Source: a virus (lineage: Duplodnaviria; Caudoviricetes). Taken from it: 57,783 nucleotides of DNA. Positions 47,362 through 55,871 of this stretch are shown piece by piece. Below the pieces are notes generated by a model that was not told where the DNA came from, made no database searches, and saw nothing but the letters and a program-made list of their open reading frames with translations. Every line of letters begins with the position of its first letter. The first letter of the stretch is position 1. The stretch covers positions 1-57,783 of the IMG/VR virus record IMGVR_UViG_3300043427_004567; one strand, 5' to 3'. The translations under genes and the position numbers were made by a program.

Positions 47362-49767
47362 ATGTCTCTTACTCCAGAAGATATCCAAAAATTATCAACA
47401 GCTATTGCAGGTGCTGTTGGTAAGGCCATGTCAACGGCCTTAACTGGAGATAGAAATATAAGATCAAAAGAAGAAAAAACTTCTGAGAAATCTGGTAAAA
47501 AACAAGACTTTTCTTCGCCTAAACAACTTGAAGAATATATTAAAAAGCAAGCAAAAGCTTCATTTTCAGGCATTGCTGATAATATTGATACCATCATGGA
47601 TGGTTTTCAAAAAATCTATGAGCAAGAAATATTTTCTAACAAAGAGTTAGACAAAGCGCTTAAGAACACTATTAAATCAATGACATCAATGGAAGACATG
47701 ATGGGTTCTTCTGGTGCGGCGCTTTCTAAGCTTGCAGAAGATGGCGATGGTATTGGTGAAGTCTTTAAAATTTTGAAAAAGCGAGTAGAAGGAGCAGCCA
47801 CACTGCAAAAAGAACTTGCTGATGCGCAGGCGAGCGGCACAGAATTATCAGGTTGGTGGTTGATGGAACTTGGTAAAGAAATGGGAGTTACTACTGAAAG
47901 ATTAGAAGAATTAAAATCTAAAGGAGTAGTTACATTACAAGAAGAGCTGATAAGAATAGGTGGAGAATCTAAAAATGTTGTCAAACGGCTCGCCGAGAAT
48001 GCAGTGTCACACAAAAGAGTTATTGAAGGCAATAAGATCTTAACAAAGGGCACTGAGATTTTAGGTAAACAGTTTGGCTTAACAAATTTGAGCGTAGCAG
48101 CATTTGCAGCCTTAGGTGTAACATCATTCAGCAAAATGTATTCGGCAGTAACAGCTGGTGTAAATGCTCAACTGCCACTCAATAATATTCTGAGCATCAC
48201 CACCGATTCTTTAACAAAGTTTGGTGTGCCAATAGAAGAATTAACACGAGCTGTTTCTGAAAGTAGAAGACAGATCGCGCAGACTGATTATTCAACGTTT
48301 ATACAAGGCCTAGACGCATCATCTGATAGGTTGAGAAATGAAGGTGTCGCAGCTAAAGATGCGTTAGAGCTCGCAACTGCGTTTAGACAGAATGCGCAAT
48401 CTGCCGGAATATCTGCTCGCGACACTGACAGGATGAATGCGGCAGTCCAAAATCAAGAAAAAGAATTTATTAAACTGAATCGCGTCACCGGCATGACAAA
48501 ACAAGAATATATTGAAATGTCAAGGGCGGCGGCAGAAAATGTAGATTTACAAAAATTAAATTTAGGAGTTGGATCAAAAGAGCGTGCTGGCAGAGTTGAA
48601 GCCTTTAGAGCGCAAAGTGTATTGTTACAAACCACGTATGGTTTGTCAAAAGCGCAAGCAGATGCAACACAGTCGGCTCTTTTGTCAGTCCAAAAAGATA
48701 AAGTAACTTCCAGATTAGAACAAGCTGCTAAAGTTCAGCAGATGGCGTCAATCATGGGGATGGGCGATGCGGGTGCCGAGGCCGCAGATATTATCAGATT
48801 AGGAAGAAGGGCAACTGAAGAGCAAAAAACTAAATTAGCAACATTCATGGGCACGATGAATGAATCTGCGCAGTCAATGGCAATGGGAGGATTGGCCGAA
48901 GAAAACGTTGTTAACGTGTTAGAAGATGGGATGGGCGGGGGCACTAAACAATTATATGATGCTGGCGTAGCATTGCAATCTGCAACTGGCAAAATGTTAA
49001 CAGATGCAGAAATAGCTGCAGCATTACAGAGAGATAGCACTGATCAAACAACTAATAAACTTATAGAAGCTTTTACATTTGTGAAGAATGCATTTGAAAG
49101 TCCACTAGTGCAAATGGCAATTTCAGTGGCTGGTTTATTGGCTAGTAGTGCATCATTAATTGGCGCAGCTTCAGCGTTGACTGCTGCTGCAGGCGCGTTA
49201 GGCGGGGCAGGAATAGCAAGTAAGGCTGGTGGATTAATTGGCGGAGCTGGAAAATTAGCTGGTGCGGCTGGTGGTGTTATGGCAGCGGGTGCAGCTGGGT
49301 ACGCAGTTGGTGAAGGAATTAATCAACTAGTAGAATCTACAACTGGCGCATCAATTGGATCTCATCTATACGATTTTTTCAGTGGTGATAGTGAAGCTGA
49401 GAAAAATTTATTAGCGCCAACTCCAATTCCAGCAAGAGTTGGGACAGCACCGGTGGCGGGTATGCCAACCGAGACAGTTGGAGGCGCAACCGTAGCCGCT
49501 CCAACATTAGCTAAAGCTCCTGTGGTTGCAACATCAACAGAGATAAATACAGTCAATCAACAGGGACTTAACGAAAAATTAGTTAATCAACAAGCTGAAA
49601 TGATTAGCATTTTACGTGCTAGTGAAGAACTATCTAGAGAAATGGTAGAAATTCTAAAAGTGAGCAATGATCATTTAAAAGTCACCGCGAGTAAACGCAC
49701 AACTGAAATGTTTGAATCAAGAACAACTTTATCAAAAACAGAATTTGTTAGCTCAGCGCTAAGATAA
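47362..49767 (+). CDS. Tape-measure-like protein
   Basis: Likely start MSLTPEDI; Ala/Glu/Lys-rich helical sequence with hydrophobic Gly/Ala segments; next to gp26 and the portal. Confidence 0.7.
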   Translation: MSLTPEDIQKLSTAIAGAVGKAMSTALTGDRNIRSKEEKTSEKSGKKQDFSSPKQLEEYIKKQAKASFSGIADNIDTIMDGFQKIYEQEIFSNKELDKALKNTIKSMTSMEDMMGSSGAALSKLAEDGDGIGEVFKILKKRVEGAATLQKELADAQASGTELSGWWLMELGKEMGVTTERLEELKSKGVVTLQEELIRIGGESKNVVKRLAENAVSHKRVIEGNKILTKGTEILGKQFGLTNLSVAAFAALGVTSFSKMYSAVTAGVNAQLPLNNILSITTDSLTKFGVPIEELTRAVSESRRQIAQTDYSTFIQGLDASSDRLRNEGVAAKDALELATAFRQNAQSAGISARDTDRMNAAVQNQEKEFIKLNRVTGMTKQEYIEMSRAAAENVDLQKLNLGVGSKERAGRVEAFRAQSVLLQTTYGLSKAQADATQSALLSVQKDKVTSRLEQAAKVQQMASIMGMGDAGAEAADIIRLGRRATEEQKTKLATFMGTMNESAQSMAMGGLAEENVVNVLEDGMGGGTKQLYDAGVALQSATGKMLTDAEIAAALQRDSTDQTTNKLIEAFTFVKNAFESPLVQMAISVAGLLASSASLIGAASALTAAAGALGGAGIASKAGGLIGGAGKLAGAAGGVMAAGAAGYAVGEGINQLVESTTGASIGSHLYDFFSGDSEAEKNLLAPTPIPARVGTAPVAGMPTETVGGATVAAPTLAKAPVVATSTEINTVNQQGLNEKLVNQQAEMISILRASEELSREMVEILKVSNDHLKVTASKRTTEMFESRTTLSKTEFVSSALR

Positions 49768-49789
49768 AACATAATACAGGGAATTTATA

Positions 49790-51442
49790 ATGGCATCTTG
49801 GGTAAATTATTGGAAAATAGTTAGACCATCATCTCCTTCTCAAAGATCAACTATTATCGCACCAGATAATCTACCTGATTCTTATGGTCTAGAATTAGAT
49901 GGCGTAAAGTGGTATAACCAGGTTATGCGTGGCATTGGCTCACGCAAACAACGTTATAAGCAATTTGACATGATGGATTCTGATGTTGATATTGCGAGAG
50001 CTCTTGATACTATTTCTGAAGAAATTGCAACAGAAGACAAAAGAACTAAATTGCCAGTTAAGATTGAATATCAAACTGAAGATAGTCAAGAAGTTAATGA
50101 ATCAGTAGTAACCGCACTTAGAGCAGCAGTGCGCTATTGGTGCAATCATCAGGATTTGAACAATAGAATTTATCGAATTGCACGTCACGTGATCAAATAT
50201 GGTGACTGCTTCTTCGAGCGTGAATCACCATTAGCGCCGTGGAAGTTCGTCGAGCAGAATGACGTAACTGGCATTGAAATAGATGCAAAAGGCCGAAAAG
50301 TAGCTTATCACATAAATCATCTTTCTTCTGCTCCAGCGTCGATCGGTCTGCAAACAATTAAAAAACAACATGCAGAAATTGTGCCTGTCGATAAAATGAT
50401 TCATTTCACATTAACGGATGAGATGGGGGTTGGCGCCCCATTCGGCGATTCAATATTGCTGCCAATTATGAAAACATTCAAGCAGCTGTCAATGCTTGAA
50501 GATTCAGTGGTGATTTATCGAGTCGTTCGTGCTCCAGAGCGCCGCGCCTTCTATATTGATGTTGGTAATATGCCAGCACAACGCGTTAAACAGTATCTTG
50601 AACAAATCAAGAATGACATTCGCCAAAAAAGAATTCCAAACACCTCAGCTTCTGGGCAAGATATGGTTGACGGTACGTATAATCCACACTCAATTTCAGA
50701 AGACTACTTCTTTGCCCAAACCGCCGCTGGTCGTGGTTCACGAGTCGAAACATTACCTGGTGGCGAAAATCTTGGTGAAAATTCAGAATTAACATATTTC
50801 CAAGGTAAAATTTTCCGCGGGCTACGGATTCCTAGTTCGTATATGCGTGGTGCAGATGCTGGCGGCGCGCAAGTTGCCGATGGTAAAGTTGGCATCGCCT
50901 ACATTGAAGAACTGCGATTTGCCAATTTTATTACTCGACTCCAATCAAAAATCGAGCGAGTACTAGACAAAGAATTTAAGATGTATCTGAAAACTGCTGG
51001 CATTAAAGTTGATGACGACTTGTTCATGTTAAAGCTGCCCGAACCGCAGAACTTTGCTTTGTACCGTCAGGCCGGCCTTGATGCAGAGCTAATTAATACT
51101 TTCAACTCCGCTGACGGTATCAGGTACTTGTCAAAACGATTCATCTTAAAACGATACTTAGGCTTCACTGAAGATGATCTGCAGATGAATGAGATTATGT
51201 TGAAGCAAGAACGCGACATTAGTGATAATAGGGCTACGTCAGATATCCAGCAAATGTATGATCCAGATTTCAAACGCGATGAGGAGTCTTTAAATGGCGG
51301 TGATGGAGAAATGACAAGTTCGACGCAGCCTGAGGAATTTGGGTTTGGGCGCGAGATAGAAGAGCCAATGGAACCAACGCCAGTCAATATTAGTCCAGAA
51401 CCAGAAGAAGAGCCATTGTCAGAACCACCAAAACCGGAATAA
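49790..51442 (+). CDS. gp20: Portal protein (T4 gp20-like)
   Basis: MLEDSVVIYRVVRAPERRAFYIDVGNMP, EDYFF, VETLPGGENLGE and GLRIPSSY. Confidence 0.97.
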   Translation: MASWVNYWKIVRPSSPSQRSTIIAPDNLPDSYGLELDGVKWYNQVMRGIGSRKQRYKQFDMMDSDVDIARALDTISEEIATEDKRTKLPVKIEYQTEDSQEVNESVVTALRAAVRYWCNHQDLNNRIYRIARHVIKYGDCFFERESPLAPWKFVEQNDVTGIEIDAKGRKVAYHINHLSSAPASIGLQTIKKQHAEIVPVDKMIHFTLTDEMGVGAPFGDSILLPIMKTFKQLSMLEDSVVIYRVVRAPERRAFYIDVGNMPAQRVKQYLEQIKNDIRQKRIPNTSASGQDMVDGTYNPHSISEDYFFAQTAAGRGSRVETLPGGENLGENSELTYFQGKIFRGLRIPSSYMRGADAGGAQVADGKVGIAYIEELRFANFITRLQSKIERVLDKEFKMYLKTAGIKVDDDLFMLKLPEPQNFALYRQAGLDAELINTFNSADGIRYLSKRFILKRYLGFTEDDLQMNEIMLKQERDISDNRATSDIQQMYDPDFKRDEESLNGGDGEMTSSTQPEEFGFGREIEEPMEPTPVNISPEPEEEPLSEPPKPE

Positions 51443-51466
51443 TTCAATAATAAAGTTTAGTTCTTC

Positions 51467-51474
51467 TATAAATA
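51467..51474 (+). promoter_or_regulatory. Late promoter TATAAATA
   Basis: Exact motif about 30 nt upstream of gp21. Confidence 0.8.
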
Positions 51475-51503
51475 AATTAACCCTATTTTAGGAGAACTAT
51501 TCT

Positions 51504-52115
51504 ATGAAAAATCTTATCCTTATTGAACAGCTGATGCCAACCAGTGCAAATTTGGTGGAGTCAATTGACGATAAAAAGAATTATTACCTGTCAGGCGTTT
51601 TAATGCAGGCAGAAGTTCAAAATGGTAATGGTCGCGTTTACCCATTACAAGAAATTTCAAATGCAGTGCAAATGTGTGCTGAAAAGATAAAGACTGGTGC
51701 ATCAATCATGGGTGAACTTAACCACCCAGATAACCTGTCAATTGATCTTAAAAATGTTTCTCACGTGATCACCGAAATGTACATGGATGGTAACAACGCA
51801 GTTGGTCGTTGCAAATTACTCAACACGCCATCAGGTCAAATTGCTAAAGAGCTGTTAAATGGCGGTGTCAGACTTGGTGTTTCTTCACGCGGCACGGGTG
51901 ACGTCAATAATGGCATTGTTGAAAATTTCAGCTTTGTCACCATTGACTTAGTTGCAAATCCTTCTGCGCCAGAAGCTTATCCAAATTTAGTGCGTGAGGC
52001 TGTTGAGAATAAGAAAGTCATGACATTGGCTGAAGCTGTGGTTCATGATGAAAGCGCACAAAAGTATTTGACAGCAGAAATCAAGAAATTCTTAGACTCA
52101 ATTTTGAAGCGTTAA
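51504..52115 (+). CDS. gp21: Prohead protease (T4 gp21-like)
   Basis: NGNGRVYP, GELNHP, VSHVI, LGVSSRGTG and DLVANPSAPEA. Confidence 0.97.
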   Translation: MKNLILIEQLMPTSANLVESIDDKKNYYLSGVLMQAEVQNGNGRVYPLQEISNAVQMCAEKIKTGASIMGELNHPDNLSIDLKNVSHVITEMYMDGNNAVGRCKLLNTPSGQIAKELLNGGVRLGVSSRGTGDVNNGIVENFSFVTIDLVANPSAPEAYPNLVREAVENKKVMTLAEAVVHDESAQKYLTAEIKKFLDSILKR

Positions 52116-52149
52116 GATTGAGTGTCAGAAGTTTATATCATAAAGGAGA

Positions 52150-52380
52150 ATGAATATGGTAGATAAAACGGCTTTAAGAGACATGTTAAATCATATGATT
52201 AATGGGAATGAAGCTGAAGCAGTTGCAGCATTTAAAGAATATCTCCCATTAAAAACACGTGAAATTATGGGTTATTCACGTGAGGCTGAGCCAACAGCTG
52301 AAGCCGAGACTGAAGTTGAAGTTGCGGCGACTGATGTTGCGACTGAAAATTTACCAGATTCTGAAAATCCTGAAACTTAA
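52150..52380 (+). CDS. Small acidic prohead core protein (gp67/gp68-like position)
   Basis: 76 aa with an AAGGAG SD (start 52150 or 52156) and an acidic tail; lies between protease and scaffold. Confidence 0.65.
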   Translation: MNMVDKTALRDMLNHMINGNEAEAVAAFKEYLPLKTREIMGYSREAEPTAEAETEVEVAATDVATENLPDSENPET

Positions 52381-52405
52381 TTATTAAGTTTTCTATTAAA
52401 ATAAT

Positions 52406-52434
52406 GCAAAAGGAACCGTAAAAGGTTCCTTTGC
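52406..52434 (+). terminator. Stem-loop, probable terminator
   Basis: AAAGGAACC-GTAAAA-GGTTCCTTT. Confidence 0.65.
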
Positions 52435-52485
52435 TCTATTATATTCATAATAGTGGTTGATTTTATGCGTTTTTTTCTTAAACAC

Positions 52486-52493
52486 TATAAATA
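52486..52493 (+). promoter_or_regulatory. Late promoter TATAAATA for scaffold and capsid
   Basis: Exact motif about 160 nt upstream of the scaffold start. Confidence 0.75.
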
Positions 52494-52653
52494 ATTTCGC
52501 TTTAGTATATTTTACGTATAAATTGATATTGAAAAAATAGCATTAAATGAGAATGCGCTTGGCATTTTGCTTTGACGCTCTAGATGATTAAGCTAAGAAA
52601 GATATTTTTTAGCAAATTTAGATAACCTTTGGTATACATAAAGGAGAGAGAAT

Positions 52654-53544
52654 ATGGATGAAATTCTGCAAAAATTAGTCTCATCAGAGCTTCTCAGCGA
52701 AGAGACCAAAGCTGAAATCACCAAAGTATTTAGCGAATCAGTTGAGGCATATAAAGCGCAACTGGCCGAAGAAATTGGTTTACAAGTTCGTGCTGAATTG
52801 GCCGAGCAGTGGGTTACAGACAAAGAAGCCTTGGTTGAGTCCATGGATTCCTTCATCACCGTTCAACTTGCTTCAGAAATCGCCGAGCTCAAAGAAGATG
52901 TTGAGAGCTTCCGTGATCTAGAAGTCGAATATGCTGCCAAGCTAGTTGAAGAAAAACACACTATGGCTGCTCAGCTTGGCGAAGAACTCGATCAACTTGT
53001 TGACAAAATTGACAGTTTCTTGGAAATTCGTCTTTCAGAAGAAATTGAAGAACTGAAAGAAGATCTCGAAGAAGCACGTCAAAACACATTTGGTCGTAAG
53101 ATTTTTGAGGCTTTTGTTGGTGAATTTGGTAAAAGTTTTATCGATGAATCATCAGTGATGGGTAAGCTTGCTGTTACTGAACAAAAGCTTCGTGACGCAG
53201 AAAAGAAATTAGAAGAACAGGCTGCTGCAGCTAGCATCGCAGTTCGCCAACAGAAAATGGCTGAAATTTTAGCTCCACTTTCTGGTCAAAAACGTGAACA
53301 GATGGAATTAATTCTGAAGAATGTCGAAACAGACAAACTTCAAGAGTCATTCAATAAGTTCGTTGGACGCGTTCTTAAGGAAGATGCTCCTAAGAATCAA
53401 ACAATCGTTGAAAGCACCGAAGACAAAACCGTTGACAGCACAACTGTTGTTACTGGCGAAACCGCTCCAGTTATCACAGAAGAAAAACACGATGCTGAAA
53501 AAGAAGCACGTATTGCGCGTCTTCGTAAATTAGCATCCGTTTAA
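52654..53544 (+). CDS. gp22: Prohead scaffolding protein (T4 gp22-like)
   Basis: Acidic coiled coil with FGRKIFEAF; immediately upstream of the capsid gene; AAGGAG SD. Confidence 0.88.
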   Translation: MDEILQKLVSSELLSEETKAEITKVFSESVEAYKAQLAEEIGLQVRAELAEQWVTDKEALVESMDSFITVQLASEIAELKEDVESFRDLEVEYAAKLVEEKHTMAAQLGEELDQLVDKIDSFLEIRLSEEIEELKEDLEEARQNTFGRKIFEAFVGEFGKSFIDESSVMGKLAVTEQKLRDAEKKLEEQAAAASIAVRQQKMAEILAPLSGQKREQMELILKNVETDKLQESFNKFVGRVLKEDAPKNQTIVESTEDKTVDSTTVVTGETAPVITEEKHDAEKEARIARLRKLASV

Positions 53545-53571
53545 CACACATTTGTAATAGGAGATTACATT

Positions 53572-54792
53572 ATGAATCTATTCGAAAACTGGCAAGAAAC
53601 CAAGGACGTTCTTCTTGAAGGTCTCAGCGATCGTCAGAAAAAAATTGTTAGCCCAGTCCTTGAAAACCAAAAGCGTTATTTGGCTGAAACCGCTGATGCA
53701 CTCACCACTTCCGGTGGCGCTATCGGTAACTTCCAAAAGATCGTTATCCCAATGATCCGTCGTATTATCCCAGGTACCATTGCTTCCGAACTCGTTGGTG
53801 TTCAGCCAATGTCCGGTCCAGTTGGCCTGGTATACTCACTGCGCTTCTTGTTCTCAGAAGCAATGAATGCTCCAGGTACAGCTGCTGATATCAGTGCTGG
53901 CGATGAAGTATTCGGCAACAACAGCAAGATGAAGCGTTTCTACTCATCAGCTGATGTTGGTACAGCAGGCTATCCACCAGCGCTTTCAGCAACAACTTCA
54001 GCTGGTTCTTCATCACTCACCGCCGATTATGAAGCATTCGGTGGTCGTCGCATGTCACTCGAAGTTCTGAAGCAAACAGTTACTGCTGGCTCACGTAAGC
54101 TGCAAGCCAAGTGGACAATTGAAGCTGCTCAGGACCTCTCAGCACAGCACGGTCTTGACCTCGAAGCCGAAATGACAGCCGCTCTTTCAGCTGCCGTTGT
54201 TTCAGAAATCGACAATGAAATCATCAACGACCTGATCGGTCTTGCTGGTACAGTTGAGACATACAACATGTCCTCAACATTCACCGGTGTGCCAAACTAT
54301 GTTGGTGATCGTCACGCCGTTCTCGGTGTTCTTATCAACAAAGTTGCTAACGAAATCGCCCGTAAAACACGTCGTGGTCCAGCTAACTGGATCGTGGTGT
54401 CCCCACTGGTCGTTTCAGTTCTGCAATCAGCCTCTAAAGCCGTGTTTGCTCCAGCCGTTTCAGGTTCATTCGAAGGCCCAGCTAACACCAAGCTCGTTGG
54501 TACACTGAATGGCAGCATCAAGGTGTATTCATACATCTATCACGATCAAGGCACCGAGCCAGTTCTTCTCGGCTACAAAGGCGGCACTGGCGACATGGAC
54601 AGCGGTTACTTCTACTGCCCATACGTGCCATTGATGTCTTCAAACGTTGTTATTGATCCAAACACCTATAACCCACAAATGTCACTCATGACACGTTATG
54701 GCAAAGCTACATTTACCAATTCAGCAACATCACTTGGTAACTCAGCTGATTACTATGGCCGTATCGAAGTTTCAAACCTGTCATTCGTGTAA
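53572..54792 (+). CDS. gp23: Major capsid protein (T4 gp23-like)
   Basis: GVQPMSGPVG, SRKLQAKWTIEAAQDL..QHGLD, EIDNEII, YFYCPYVPL and MTRYG. Confidence 0.98.
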   Translation: MNLFENWQETKDVLLEGLSDRQKKIVSPVLENQKRYLAETADALTTSGGAIGNFQKIVIPMIRRIIPGTIASELVGVQPMSGPVGLVYSLRFLFSEAMNAPGTAADISAGDEVFGNNSKMKRFYSSADVGTAGYPPALSATTSAGSSSLTADYEAFGGRRMSLEVLKQTVTAGSRKLQAKWTIEAAQDLSAQHGLDLEAEMTAALSAAVVSEIDNEIINDLIGLAGTVETYNMSSTFTGVPNYVGDRHAVLGVLINKVANEIARKTRRGPANWIVVSPLVVSVLQSASKAVFAPAVSGSFEGPANTKLVGTLNGSIKVYSYIYHDQGTEPVLLGYKGGTGDMDSGYFYCPYVPLMSSNVVIDPNTYNPQMSLMTRYGKATFTNSATSLGNSADYYGRIEVSNLSFV

Positions 54793-54824
54793 TAGGTAGT
54801 TGTCAAGATAGAAGTCGTATCAAG

Positions 54825-54858
54825 AACAAAAGGCTTGCATTGCAAGCCTTTTGTTTTA
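54825..54858. terminator. Bidirectional intrinsic terminator after the capsid gene
   Basis: AACAAAAGGCTTGCA-T-TGCAAGCCTTTTGTT followed by more T residues. Confidence 0.9.
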
Positions 54859-54890
54859 TCCATTGGAGAAACGGTTTTACATAAAACTGA

Positions 54891-55304
54891 TTATTTTTTC
54901 ATGATAGCTTTGGCTATCTCATGAGCTCTGACTATTGTTGCCTTTTTAAGGGGCGGTTTATCTTTCATTTGTTTCATAGCAGCAGCCATGCCAACGGCAT
55001 ATGGACTCTTGGTCTGTTCTTGCATTTTTAATGTTGACTTAGTAACTGAACTAACTAAATTCTCTAATTCTTCTTCAACACCGTCAAGGTGATCATGAAT
55101 TTTCTTAAGAACCTTTTTGTCGCCGCCAAGTTTTTGAACAAGCTCGGTCAATTCATCAGCCATTAGATATTTTCTCATTCTATCATGACACATTGAAACA
55201 TCATCAATTTTCTTTTGAAATTTTTTCATCGCGCTATGCTGCTGCTCATTTGTTATGCTTTCAGATATAATCTGTAAATGAGTACTTAACTTTGATAGCT
55301 TCAT
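54891..55304 (-). CDS. Hypothetical helical protein with a basic C-terminus (possible internal head protein)
   Basis: 137 aa; C-terminal PYAVGMAAAMKQMKDKPPLKKATIVRAHEIAKAI; GGGGG SD. Confidence 0.75.
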   Translation of the reverse strand: MKLSKLSTHLQIISESITNEQQHSAMKKFQKKIDDVSMCHDRMRKYLMADELTELVQKLGGDKKVLKKIHDHLDGVEEELENLVSSVTKSTLKMQEQTKSPYAVGMAAAMKQMKDKPPLKKATIVRAHEIAKAIMKK

Positions 55305-55371
55305 GTAAACCCCCGAGTGTTATTGTTTGTGATAAGGGCATTAAATCCGCGAAAAGATAATTCTGCTATTA

Positions 55372-55725
55372 TTATGAAAGATTTTCTAGTTTGTATTTTA
55401 CACGCCTGATTTGCCCAATTAATGCATCATATGTATTAAGCAAAGCTGCGTCTTGAGGTAAAGATGCACGCATTTCTTCTACTTTAGCGTGAAGATCATT
55501 AATGAACCCGATAGGTGAAGTTGTAGAAAAAGTCCACGCGCCATCTGAGACTGGTGCGGTTTCTCCAAATTTGCCTATATATTCTTCAGCTAATTGATCT
55601 GTCACTTCAGTGATCATTTCATAGAGCTCGCCTAATGCCATGTGCTGTGCAAATGATTTTACCTTCCAATGCCAGATTTGAGCAACTTTTGAGGCGTGTA
55701 ATAGCATTGATAATACTTGTTCCAT
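55372..55725 (-). CDS. Dps/ferritin-like protein (DUF5856-like)
   Basis: HW....FAQHMALGELYE.....DQLAEEYIG ferroxidase-like pattern; likely start MEQVLS with an AGGA SD. Confidence 0.8.
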   Translation of the reverse strand: MEQVLSMLLHASKVAQIWHWKVKSFAQHMALGELYEMITEVTDQLAEEYIGKFGETAPVSDGAWTFSTTSPIGFINDLHAKVEEMRASLPQDAALLNTYDALIGQIRRVKYKLENLS

Positions 55726-55763
55726 GATGATATTCCTATTTTGAAAATGTTTTTCAGACATTA

Positions 55764-55771
55764 TATTTATA
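55764..55771 (-). promoter_or_regulatory. Late promoter TATAAATA for the Dps-like gene
   Basis: TATTTATA on the + strand, about 40 nt upstream of 55725. Confidence 0.7.
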
Positions 55772-55823
55772 AAGTTATAACTAAAAATTGAAAAAACGTA
55801 AAATGATTGTAAACAATAAATGA

Positions 55824-55831
55824 TATAAATA
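55824..55831 (+). promoter_or_regulatory. Late promoter TATAAATA for the tail fibre gene
   Basis: Exact motif about 40 nt upstream of ATG 55872. Confidence 0.7.
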
Positions 55832-55871
55832 TAATTTAGACTATCTTTCATATTATAGGCGGTTTTTAATT

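Noticed and set aside
47248-47388. Overlapping N-terminal extensions of gp26 and the tape-measure ORFs in the ORF track
   Set aside because: Better-supported starts lie at 47247 (AAGGAG SD) and 47362, and the intervening DNA holds promoter motifs.
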